Assembly (NCBI GenBank): GCA_039908105.1
Contig: JAMOBI010000003.1
Location: forward strand, 3,582-67,581
Source of the DNA: Magnetococcus sp. YQC-9
Lineage (GTDB): Bacteria; Pseudomonadota; Magnetococcia; Magnetococcales; Magnetaquicoccaceae
Direction: 5' to 3'
DNA: 64,000 bases
Notes under the pieces: generated by a model
Seen by the model: only the letters and a program-made list of their open reading frames with translations
What the model was told of the DNA's origin: nothing
The model's database searches: none
Position numbers and translations under genes: made by a program
In this document: piece by piece, positions 51,611 to 59,918 of the stretch
Position numbering within the stretch: position 1 is the first letter of the stretch
How the letters are laid out: every line of letters starts with the position of its first letter

Positions 51611-51641
51611 TGCCGCCCGCAACCATAAGGGAGTAACTATC

Positions 51642-51860
51642 ATGTCGTACCGCCATGTCGAAATCGATCCCGATAACGAAACATCGAGCCTCGATGATCC
51701 GAACGCCTGGTTATCGATGCTGCCGTGGAACAATATTCGCCACCGTCCGCCTGCTCGCGGGTGGCGCGTACCACGTCTACCGTTGACTCCATTGCGCTGG
51801 CGGGACGGACGGCATGGCCTGCCGGAGTGGGAAGGGCAAACCCATTTCGGCATTTGTTAA
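51642..51860 (+). CDS. Hypothetical 72-aa ORF, possibly a truncated gene
   Basis: AAGGGAG RBS 7 nt upstream; no recognisable family; stop TAA supplied by the terminus of repeat locus 11. Confidence 0.3.
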   Translation: MSYRHVEIDPDNETSSLDDPNAWLSMLPWNNIRHRPPARGWRVPRLPLTPLRWRDGRHGLPEWEGQTHFGIC

Positions 51861-52136
51861 GCCGCACCCATCCTTAGGATGTGTAGTGGGCCGACAGAGC
51901 TGATTTGATAGCCTGGCATGATTCGCTTTTACTGGTAAGAAAAGAGAGGGTTTAGGAGATTCCTCTCCCAGGGTTTTGCTTTTGACTGTGGCCTTTAAAC
52001 CGCACCTGCTTTGGGATGCGTAGTTTTTTGCAAGGCTGCGTGCAAGATGTGAGCGTCGTTTCCGCCTTTTGGAAACGAAGCTCGCGTCTTGCACACGGCT
52101 TGACAAAAAATGACGCTTCTCAAGATTGTTGCGGTA
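51858..52136. repeat. Mosaic palindromic intergenic repeat, family A, locus 11 (two units)
   Basis: TTAAGCCGCACCC ... then TTTAAACCGCACC ... ending GATTGTTGCGGTAT; followed by a short TGTTCGC x3 tandem at 52141-52161. Confidence 0.9.
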
Positions 52137-52309
52137 TGGCTGTTCGCTGTTCGCTGTTCGACTGTTTGTAGTCGCTTGAAGCCCAGTTGCGAGGATCCTG
52201 AGAAAGCAATCTCTCTCCTCCGGATCCTGACTCGATGATCAGCAGCCCAAAAGAAAACCCACCAGGCATGAGTACGGGTCAGCAGAAGATCAATCCGTCA
52301 CCAAGCCCC

Positions 52310-54904
52310 TTATGCGGCATGATGCACGGCTTTGGTTTCTTGATTGAACTCCGGGAAAACGATCACCGAACCACTCCCTGAATGCAATTTGGGTGCAAAG
52401 ATCCGCTTCTCCCGGTACAGACGGTCCTCTTCGAGAAATTTCGCGATCTCCTCCGGCGATACAGGCGGACTGAAGAGAAACCCCTGCACCAGATCGCAAC
52501 CCAAAGAGCGCAGAAACTCTAACTGGTCCGGATCGGAAACCCCCTCGGCGACCACCTGGAGATTGAGGTTCTTGGCCATTGACAGAATGGTCTTGGTAAT
52601 GGCGGCATCATCCGGATCGGTGATGACATCCCGGACAAAGGCGCGGTCGATCTTCAAGGTATGGATCGGGAAACGTTTCAGATAACTCAGCGAGGAATAA
52701 CCGGTGCCAAAATCGTCGATGGAGAGCTGAAGATTCATGTTTCGCAAGGTCTGCAGCGTGGTGACGGTCTCGTTGGCATCCCTCATGAACATCCCTTCGG
52801 TCAACTCCAATTCGAGATACCGGGCATCAAGCCCCGAATCCTCCAGGATGCGCGCCACCTTGACAGGCAGGTCACGATTCTGGAACTGCCGCGCCGACAG
52901 ATTCACCGCCATGCGAATCGGCTCGAACCCCTGATCCTGCCAGAGACGATTCTGCCGGCAGGCGGTACGCAACACCCACTCGCCGATCGAGGCGATCAGA
53001 TCGCTCTCCTCGGCGATCGGGATGAAATTGACCGGTGAAACCAACCCCATCTCCGCACTCTTCCAACGAATCAGGGCCTCGACTCCCATCAACCGTCCGG
53101 AGATGACATCCATCTGCGGCTGGTAGAGCAGGAACAGTTCGTTGCGCTCCAAGGCGAGACGCAAACCGTTTTCGATCGTCATGCGTTTGACCGAAACCGC
53201 ATCAATCTCCTTGGTGAAGAAATGCAGCATGTTTCCGCCTTGCTCCTTGGCACGCCGCATGGCCGATTCGGCCTTTTTGAGATGGGCATCCTCATCCCCT
53301 TCGTCGAGCGGATTCAGGGTAATGCCGATGCTGGCGGTCAGATAATAACGCTCCGTTTCGATCAAGAACGGTTCGTTGAGCGTTGAGAGGAGTTTTCGGG
53401 CGATGCGTCCGGCATTGCCGCCCTGTTGTAGGCCGGTCGCCAACACCACGAATTCGTCTCCACCGACGCGCGCCAGCGAATCCTCATCGCGCAGGCAGTG
53501 GGCCAGACGCACCGCGACCTCGCGCAGCAGGCGATCCCCGATCTGTCTTCCCACGGCATCGTTGATGAGGGTGAATCGATCGATTCCCAAAAACAAAACC
53601 CCGACGATCTGATTGAAACGGGCCGCGTAGGAGAAGGCCTGACGCATGCGATCCTTGAGCAGCAGTCGGTTGGGCAGACCGGTCAGGGCGTCGTGATGAA
53701 CCAGAAAATGGAGTTGCTGTTCGGAACGCTTGATGCCGGAAAGATCGGAAAAGACCTTCACGTACTGCCGAACCACCCCCGCCCCATCCTTGATGGCATT
53801 AATGTTGGCAAACTCCGGATAGACCGAGCCATCCTTGCGCTGACTCCACACCTCGCCACGCCACCGGCCATGGGTGGTCAACTCCTGATCCAGATGGCGA
53901 TAGAACACCTCGTCGTGCTGCGAGGAGAAAAGCATCAGCATCGGCTTGTGAACCGCCTCCTCCTCTTTGTAGCCGGTGATGGCGGTAAAGGCGGGATTGA
54001 CCGATTCGATGATCCCCTGGGCATCGGTGACCACGATCCCCTCGGTGGTGTTCTGGTAGACGTTGGCTGCCAGGCAAAGCTCGACATCGGTCTGACGCCG
54101 CACCTCCACCTCGATCTGCAACGCCTGATTCATCCGTGTCAGCTCACGGGTTCGCTCCTGGATCCGTTTTTCCAGCTCCGCCTTATCGCTCTGGATCTGC
54201 TTGATGAAGGTGTGACGATCCTCCTCATGACTCTTGAGATCGGCCTGAAGACGCCGGATCACCAGATGAAAGAGCAGTACCAGGCCACAGGTCAGAAGCG
54301 TGGTGATCACGATCTGACGCCATAAAGCGGCCTCGACCTGTTTCATGAAGCCGGTGATATCCTGATGGATCTCCATGACCCCGACGATCCGTTGATCCGG
54401 GCCACGCCTCAACGGAATGACGCTCTCCAGGATGCTCTTTTTCCCGGCACCGGTGTCAACGAGAAAAGCCGGGGTCTCATCTGCACGGATTCGGCTGGTG
54501 ACATTCCCCCGCAGAGCCTCGACGACCTTGGGATCTGAAGAGCGATCCTCGCCGACCAGGGGGAGATGGGTGGAAAGAATGGTAACACCATGACGACTGA
54601 GAAGTTTGAAATCCACCAACGCCAGATCGGTGGTGTATCCTTGGAGTTGTGCCAGAAGTTTCGCGATTTCGGGACGGGAACGCAACGCCGGACCGGCGGA
54701 GGCGGTTTGTTCGGTCAGAGGGGCCAGATCCGACCACAAGGCATTGGTGAGGAGATTCGACAGGACACGATGATTCTTTTCGCCCAGATTCTGAACCTGA
54801 GCGGTCATCACCGAACGGTGATGGAGTGTCAACAAAACGAGCAGAATGACGGCAACCAGAAGACCTGCCGCAGCGATGAGCCGCATGTTGCGTGTGCCAC
54901 GCAT
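52310..54904 (-). CDS. Membrane sensor GGDEF-EAL protein (periplasmic domain-HAMP-PAS-GGDEF-EAL)
   Basis: GGDEF intact with an RxxD I-site five residues upstream (RDEDSLARVGGDEF); EAL motifs EALIRW, DDFGTGYSS and KIDRAFV intact. Confidence 0.9.
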   Translation of the reverse strand: MRGTRNMRLIAAAGLLVAVILLVLLTLHHRSVMTAQVQNLGEKNHRVLSNLLTNALWSDLAPLTEQTASAGPALRSRPEIAKLLAQLQGYTTDLALVDFKLLSRHGVTILSTHLPLVGEDRSSDPKVVEALRGNVTSRIRADETPAFLVDTGAGKKSILESVIPLRRGPDQRIVGVMEIHQDITGFMKQVEAALWRQIVITTLLTCGLVLLFHLVIRRLQADLKSHEEDRHTFIKQIQSDKAELEKRIQERTRELTRMNQALQIEVEVRRQTDVELCLAANVYQNTTEGIVVTDAQGIIESVNPAFTAITGYKEEEAVHKPMLMLFSSQHDEVFYRHLDQELTTHGRWRGEVWSQRKDGSVYPEFANINAIKDGAGVVRQYVKVFSDLSGIKRSEQQLHFLVHHDALTGLPNRLLLKDRMRQAFSYAARFNQIVGVLFLGIDRFTLINDAVGRQIGDRLLREVAVRLAHCLRDEDSLARVGGDEFVVLATGLQQGGNAGRIARKLLSTLNEPFLIETERYYLTASIGITLNPLDEGDEDAHLKKAESAMRRAKEQGGNMLHFFTKEIDAVSVKRMTIENGLRLALERNELFLLYQPQMDVISGRLMGVEALIRWKSAEMGLVSPVNFIPIAEESDLIASIGEWVLRTACRQNRLWQDQGFEPIRMAVNLSARQFQNRDLPVKVARILEDSGLDARYLELELTEGMFMRDANETVTTLQTLRNMNLQLSIDDFGTGYSSLSYLKRFPIHTLKIDRAFVRDVITDPDDAAITKTILSMAKNLNLQVVAEGVSDPDQLEFLRSLGCDLVQGFLFSPPVSPEEIAKFLEEDRLYREKRIFAPKLHSGSGSVIVFPEFNQETKAVHHAA

Positions 54905-55048
54905 ATCTCTCTCCACACACGAACTCTCAAGTCGCGGACCACGCCGGGACAATCAGTCAAGAATCCCCTCTGTAACCAATTGTATATAATCTTTTTGCCC
55001 GCGTCAAATGAAACCCGGGATCCGGTGACGAGATTCCGACAAATGGGT

Positions 55049-55450
55049 TCAGGGTCTGAGACTGACCTTGGAGAGTTCCTGGAAGACATAATTGGTGATC
55101 GCCAGACCGAGCATGGCGTAATCCTGATTGAGGGTGACCCCGATCCCCTGGGGAATGACCCGTGAAATGCGGCAATGAAAGGTATAGGAATCCTTGCCCA
55201 GCACAATGGTTCCCCTGGCGAGTCGATCCAACTCCATCGCGCAAGGTTTATCAAGCGCGACGAAAAAACCACTCAGACTGACATCCTCGGACAACCCCTG
55301 CACCACCAGCCCATCATCGAAATGGAGCGTGACCGGAAAACGCATGCCATAGCGTTCATGACGACGCTGATTGACCGGCTCCTGCGGCGCACCCCTTTTT
55401 TTTGTCGTCTGAAACGGGCTTTTCTGGCTCTCTGTGAATCGATCCGGCAT
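55049..55450 (-). CDS. Stand-alone PilZ-domain protein
   Basis: RxxxR as RRHER and DxSxxG as DVSLSG, about 30 residues apart; 133 aa from ATG 55450. Confidence 0.75.
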   Translation of the reverse strand: MPDRFTESQKSPFQTTKKRGAPQEPVNQRRHERYGMRFPVTLHFDDGLVVQGLSEDVSLSGFFVALDKPCAMELDRLARGTIVLGKDSYTFHCRISRVIPQGIGVTLNQDYAMLGLAITNYVFQELSKVSLRP

Positions 55451-55631
55451 GGTCTTATTCCTTGCTTCTCCCGATGAAATGTACCAGCTCATTTGGTTGA
55501 CGATCGCCGAAACCAACGGTCCATCCCCCTTCCATGGGCGCAAAGAGGGCGGCCATTTTGTAACGCAAATCGTTTCAAATCATCGCACAGGCGCCATGAT
55601 ATTGGCAAGCACTACGACACAAGAATCCGCA

Positions 55632-56357
55632 TCAATGCCCTGAATAGTCTTCCGGATCAAAGGGAGGCCGACGATTGACCAGCGCTTCGAGCATGAACAG
55701 TTCCTCGTCGGTATGATTGACCCCCGGCGCCTTGCGAATCGGGGAGTGCGCGGCCAGAATGCGCGCAGAGTGGTGATGCGCCTGATAGGATTCGGTGATC
55801 CGAGGGTCATCGTTCATGCGGATGTCGAGATGACCGTAACAGAGACAGACATAATCCTGCTCCTCGGCCACTTCCAGATAGATCCCGGTACCGCGAATGC
55901 CGAGCGTGGCGGTCGGAATTTTCAGAGTACGACCCCCGCTGCCGAATACCGACAACACCCGCCCGGAATAAAGGGTGAACCCTTTGGCCCTGGGATCCGC
56001 TGCCGTCTCGGCGGACGACTTCACGTCGGGTGACAGCTCGCCGGGTGCCACGCTGGGCTCAGGCGTTGGGGTGGGCTGCCACGCCTCATGAAAACGCAGG
56101 CGGGTGTTCATTCCCAACAAGAAGGCATCCTCGCCCATCACCAGTACGGCACGCCCCCCGGAACCGGTCGAGACCTTATCCCCCGGCTTGACCAGGGCAT
56201 CCTCACCCACCTGACGCTCGCCAATGCGCGTATCGCTCCCCACGCGGCGCATACCTTGCCGAACCGGCAACCAGGCACAACCGCCCGGCACGAGCACCGT
56301 ACCCAGCAGCAACCCCTGCAACAAAAAGAGCCGACGCGTGGAGGCCAGACCGTCCAT
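55632..56357 (-). CDS. FecR-domain periplasmic protein with Tat-type signal
   Basis: STRRLFLL twin-arginine motif; FecR-like block VKPGDKVSTGSGGRAVLVMGEDAFLLGMNTRLRF; His/Cys-rich C-terminal part. Confidence 0.65.
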   Translation of the reverse strand: MDGLASTRRLFLLQGLLLGTVLVPGGCAWLPVRQGMRRVGSDTRIGERQVGEDALVKPGDKVSTGSGGRAVLVMGEDAFLLGMNTRLRFHEAWQPTPTPEPSVAPGELSPDVKSSAETAADPRAKGFTLYSGRVLSVFGSGGRTLKIPTATLGIRGTGIYLEVAEEQDYVCLCYGHLDIRMNDDPRITESYQAHHHSARILAAHSPIRKAPGVNHTDEELFMLEALVNRRPPFDPEDYSGH

Positions 56358-56366
56358 GCGAATCGA

Positions 56367-56765
56367 TCACTCCCCCTCGGGGATGAAACGCAACGCCAGA
56401 CCGTTGTTGCAGTAACGCCGGCCCGATGGCGAACCGGGATCATCGAACCGGTGCCCCTGATGCCCGCCACAACGGGCGCAGTGGTATTCGGTGCGCGGCA
56501 CGACGAGTTTCAAATCGGTCCTGGTCTCCAGATGCCCGTCCAAGGCAGCCATGAAACTCGGCCAACCGGTCCCACTGTCGTACTTCATCGCCGAGGTGAA
56601 AAGCTCCAGTCCGCAGCCGGCGCAGACAAACCGTCCGACTCGCTTCTCCTCATTGAGCGGACTGGAAAACGGGCGTTCGGTCCCCTCGCAGCGCAGCACC
56701 TGAAAGTTGGCTGCCGGCAGTCGCTCCCGCCACTCCTCGGAGCTTAAGTCGAGTTTCTCTTCCAC
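56367..56765 (-). CDS. msrB: Peptide-methionine (R)-S-oxide reductase
   Basis: SelR domain: two CxxC pairs (CAGCG, CARCG), GTGWPSF and HQGHRF motifs. Confidence 0.93.
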   Translation of the reverse strand: MEEKLDLSSEEWRERLPAANFQVLRCEGTERPFSSPLNEEKRVGRFVCAGCGLELFTSAMKYDSGTGWPSFMAALDGHLETRTDLKLVVPRTEYHCARCGGHQGHRFDDPGSPSGRRYCNNGLALRFIPEGE

Positions 56766-56914
56766 CCCAACACCCCTGCAGTATTATTCAACCGGTCAAC
56801 TATAAATACTCAAAAAAAATTTAATTATCCATCAAAACGTACAAAGCGGGATCAACATAGCCCGGTATGAGAATGTCGATCCCGCGAGGATTGTCCGTTC
56901 TTGATAACGGGTCG

Positions 56915-57127
56915 TTACAGGGTTACGACGTTTTCCGCCTTGGGACCCTTGTCACCCGCGACCACGTTGAATTCCACTTTCTGCCCTTCGGCCAGAGTGC
57001 GGAATCCGGAGCCGGAAATGGCGCTGAAATGGACGAAGATGTCCCCTTTGCCACCAGCCCGCTCAATAAAACCAAAACCTTTGCCCTCGTTGAACCATTT
57101 GACGGTTCCAGTCTCACGATCTGCCAT
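56915..57127 (-). CDS. cspA: Cold-shock protein (CspA family)
   Basis: [15 protein letters not shown] (RNP1) and DIFVHFSAI (RNP2). Confidence 0.95.
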   Translation of the reverse strand: MADRETGTVKWFNEGKGFGFIERAGGKGDIFVHFSAISGSGFRTLAEGQKVEFNVVAGDKGPKAENVVTL

Positions 57128-57410
57128 GTTACTCTCACTTAACCCCTGATGAATTGCTGAACCTATTGGCAGAACGCCCTACAGCATACAATATCCGACT
57201 GTGCTCTCGATACGACTGCCGACTTATTTTATAGCATATATCACAATTCCGGCCAAAGGCAAATGATTTTTTTGCACCCCTCTTGTTCAACCTTGAGCAA
57301 ACGATCTTTCACGCACCTTTTCAAGGATAAAATCCAGCTGAAAGCCAATGCGCGTATCGGCATCCCTGTTCCGCCCCACGCCGGTGAAATACTCGCTCAC
57401 GCATGACGAA

Positions 57411-57710
57411 TCACCCACAAAATGGCATCATCCGGCAGGATGCGTTTGTTGCCGGATACCCGATCCGCCCGGTTTTCAACAACGCAACCACCCGCCTTTT
57501 CGCCTCGCTTTCGTTCAACCCGGAGACCCGACTCAACCAGGCCATATGAAACTGGAACAGATCCAGCAGAAATTCAGGCGTCAATCCCATCGGCAATTCG
57601 GTTTCGAGCGCGGGATTCCCCTCGTCACGCGCCACCAGGGGCCATCTCCCCCGCACGCCCGACCACCCCTCGGACGGCACGATATAAGAGTTGCCTTGAA
57701 TCGTTTCCAT
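57411..57710 (-). CDS. Hypothetical protein (99 aa)
   Basis: ATG 57710 with GGGGGAG 4 nt upstream; no family recognised. Confidence 0.4.
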   Translation of the reverse strand: METIQGNSYIVPSEGWSGVRGRWPLVARDEGNPALETELPMGLTPEFLLDLFQFHMAWLSRVSGLNESEAKRRVVALLKTGRIGYPATNASCRMMPFCG

Positions 57711-57837
57711 GCGCTCCCCCACACTTCACGAAATAAATCTCCGAATGCGGTCGTCTGTCCACAGACAAAAAACACTCCTCACCTACGTGCATCCATCATT
57801 CTTGCGTTGCAGCATAAGACCATGCCGATTGTCTGGT

Positions 57838-58110
57838 CAATACATTTTCTTACATTCGATAATTTATTTTCTTTGTTGATAAGTGTACAATTTTTGATAA
57901 TAAATATAATAATACTGCAACTGATAATGTTCAAAATTTAATGAAAAATTCTTTAATACAAGAATCGATCGGTCAAGAAAACAACACCAACAACAAAAAA
58001 ATCTGGAAAAACAAGCTTCGCCACCCCCCAACTCGTCATATCGACAAACGCTGATCAATATCAAAAATATCAATCCAAATCATTACAATAACAAATTCAT
58101 GTCAACAAAA
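57838..58110. other. AT-rich island (~270 nt) in a divergent intergenic region
   Basis: Long runs such as TTTTGATAATAAATATAATAATACTGCAACTGATAATGTTCAAAATTTAATGAAAAATT in an otherwise GC-rich window. Confidence 0.9.
58051..58064. promoter_or_regulatory. Crp/Fnr-type palindromic box candidate
   Basis: cTGATcaatATCAA matches TTGAT-N4-ATCAA at 9 of 10 positions; about 230 nt upstream of the CMD-Rieske gene. Confidence 0.25.
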
Positions 58111-58290
58111 CCGCGCACCATCGCCCCACACCCTTCCGACACGCTTTGTGCGCACGGATGGCCCAAGAACCCCTCAACAGCCGAGCATGTGCGTTGACCC
58201 GCACCTGCCATCCGCGTTAATCTGAATATCGATATCACCTCTGGATCGACCGTATCCCCCCGAACATCACCGCACGAAGGATCACACATC

Positions 58291-58920
58291 ATGTCCAAAG
58301 CCCTCACCTATCTGGCCAAGACTCGCCCCGACGCCGCCACCCATCTGTTGGGTTTCTACAAACACAGCGTCCAGGCCCTGGACGAAAAGACCCGCCACCT
58401 GATCCAGATCGTCACCAAAGTGACGGTCGGCACGGAACGCGGCCTGCGCCAATACGCCCCCAAGGCGCTCAAGGCCGGCGCCAGCCGCGAGGAGATCCTG
58501 GATGCCGTCCTGATGGCCTTCCCGGCTGCCGGCCTCAACAAGGTGCTCGACGCCATCGACATCATGCGTGAAATGGATCTGCTGCCCGAAATCCCGGATG
58601 AAATCCCCACCGTTCCCAACGACAAACGGCTCGGCCCGGTGGAGGGTTTCCCCCTGCGCCGCATGCACGCCCTGCAACAGGCGGGCGCAAACATGATCGT
58701 GTTTCGTACCAGCGAGGATCAGGCGATCGTCTATTCCGCCCGCTGTCCGCACTCCAAGGCCAATCTCTGCAAAGGCACCGATCATGGTGACAAGGTGGAG
58801 TGTCGCGTACACAACTGGACCTTTGACCTGGAGTCCGGCAACTGCCTGCAGCCAGCCGGCAGCCCCGGACTGGAGGTGATCCCCTCGGTGGTGCGCGACG
58901 GCCAACTGCTGCTGCTTTAA
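58291..58920 (+). CDS. Carboxymuconolactone-decarboxylase-like (AhpD-fold) domain fused to a Rieske [2Fe-2S] domain
   Basis: N-terminal CMD-like helices (EKTRHLIQIVTKV ... SREEILDAVLMAFPAAG); C-terminal Rieske ligand motifs CPH ... CRVH. Confidence 0.78.
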   Translation: MSKALTYLAKTRPDAATHLLGFYKHSVQALDEKTRHLIQIVTKVTVGTERGLRQYAPKALKAGASREEILDAVLMAFPAAGLNKVLDAIDIMREMDLLPEIPDEIPTVPNDKRLGPVEGFPLRRMHALQQAGANMIVFRTSEDQAIVYSARCPHSKANLCKGTDHGDKVECRVHNWTFDLESGNCLQPAGSPGLEVIPSVVRDGQLLLL

Positions 58921-58946
58921 TCACCCGGATCGCTCCACACCCGCGC

Positions 58947-59345
58947 ATGGATACCGCTCCCCTGGTCACGCGACTGTGCGATCGCCTGCCGAATCTCCTG
59001 GCGATCTATGCCTTTGGCAGCCGCGTGACCGGCGGGGCCACCCCGGAGAGCGATCTCGACCTGGCGGTGCTGGTCGAGGGCAGGGCCGATCCGCTCGTCT
59101 TATGGAGAACCGCCAGCGAACTGGAGTCCCTGGCCGGCTGCGTCGTGGATCTGGTCGATCTGCGCGCGGTCCCGACCACTCTGCAATACCGGATCATCAC
59201 CACCGGGGAGAGGCTCTGGACCCGGGATGCGACCCGCACCGGGCTGTTCGCCTGTTACGTCTTAAGCGCCAAAACCGAACTCGACGAGGTACGCGCCCCA
59301 CTTTTAGAACGCATCGCGCAGGAGGGGCGGATCCATGCAGGATGA
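58947..59345 (+). CDS. mntA: Minimal nucleotidyltransferase antitoxin (MntA-like, type VII TA)
   Basis: Pol-beta NTase motif AFGSRVTGGATPESDLDLAVLV. Confidence 0.85.
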   Translation: MDTAPLVTRLCDRLPNLLAIYAFGSRVTGGATPESDLDLAVLVEGRADPLVLWRTASELESLAGCVVDLVDLRAVPTTLQYRIITTGERLWTRDATRTGLFACYVLSAKTELDEVRAPLLERIAQEGRIHAG

Positions 59346-59763
59346 TGTACTCTTGAACAAGACGGCCACCATTGAACGGTGCGTGGCCCGAACCAGAGAG
59401 GAGTTCACCAAGGATCCGGCAACCTTTCCGGAGGATTTCACCCGTCAGGATGCGGCCATCCTCAACATCCAACGCGCCTGCCAGGCAGCGCTCGACATGG
59501 GGCAGCACCTGATCCGGCGGGATCGACTCGGCATCCCGCAAGGTTCCAAAGACGTGTTCGATCTGCTGGTGCGCGCCCGGCGCATCCCGGCCTCCCTGGG
59601 TACGACGATGCGGGATATGGTTGGGTTTCGCAACATCGCGGTACACGATTACCAGGCCATGCAACTGCCGATTCTCATGGCGATCATCACCCAACATCTG
59701 GATGATCTGCCGAAATTCGCCCACACGCTCCTGCAACACGACTTTGCCACACCAACGGTATGA
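59335..59763 (+). CDS. hepT: HEPN-domain toxin (DUF86/HepT-like)
   Basis: R-x4-H HEPN motif in GFRNIAVHDY; 11-nt overlap with mntA; GGAGGGG RBS. Confidence 0.85.
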   Translation: MQDDVLLNKTATIERCVARTREEFTKDPATFPEDFTRQDAAILNIQRACQAALDMGQHLIRRDRLGIPQGSKDVFDLLVRARRIPASLGTTMRDMVGFRNIAVHDYQAMQLPILMAIITQHLDDLPKFAHTLLQHDFATPTV

Positions 59764-59788
59764 CCATCCTGTCACCTCACCCGTCCCA

Positions 59789-59820
59789 AGGTTGACGATC
59801 AACCTGGCACACTTTTTTCA
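59789..59820 (+). terminator. Hairpin plus T-run after hepT (alternatively a weak sigma-54-like motif)
   Basis: AGGTTGA-cga-TCAACCT, 7-bp stem, then GGCACACTTTTTT. The overlapping TGGCAC-N5-TTTCA lacks the -12 G. Confidence 0.3.
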
Positions 59821-59918
59821 TTATAACCCCCACCCTATTCTTAAACAAAACGTGCGCGCGCCACACCTGCGTCCACGCTTTTTTTTCAAACCCCATCGGG
59901 CAAGCCGAATCGAACACC

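Noticed and set aside
56815-58110. Replication-origin idea for the AT-rich region (a TTATCCATC DnaA-box-like sequence near 56824)
   Set aside because: There is only one degenerate box (two mismatches to TTATCCACA), no cluster of boxes, and no dnaA, dnaN or gidA context.
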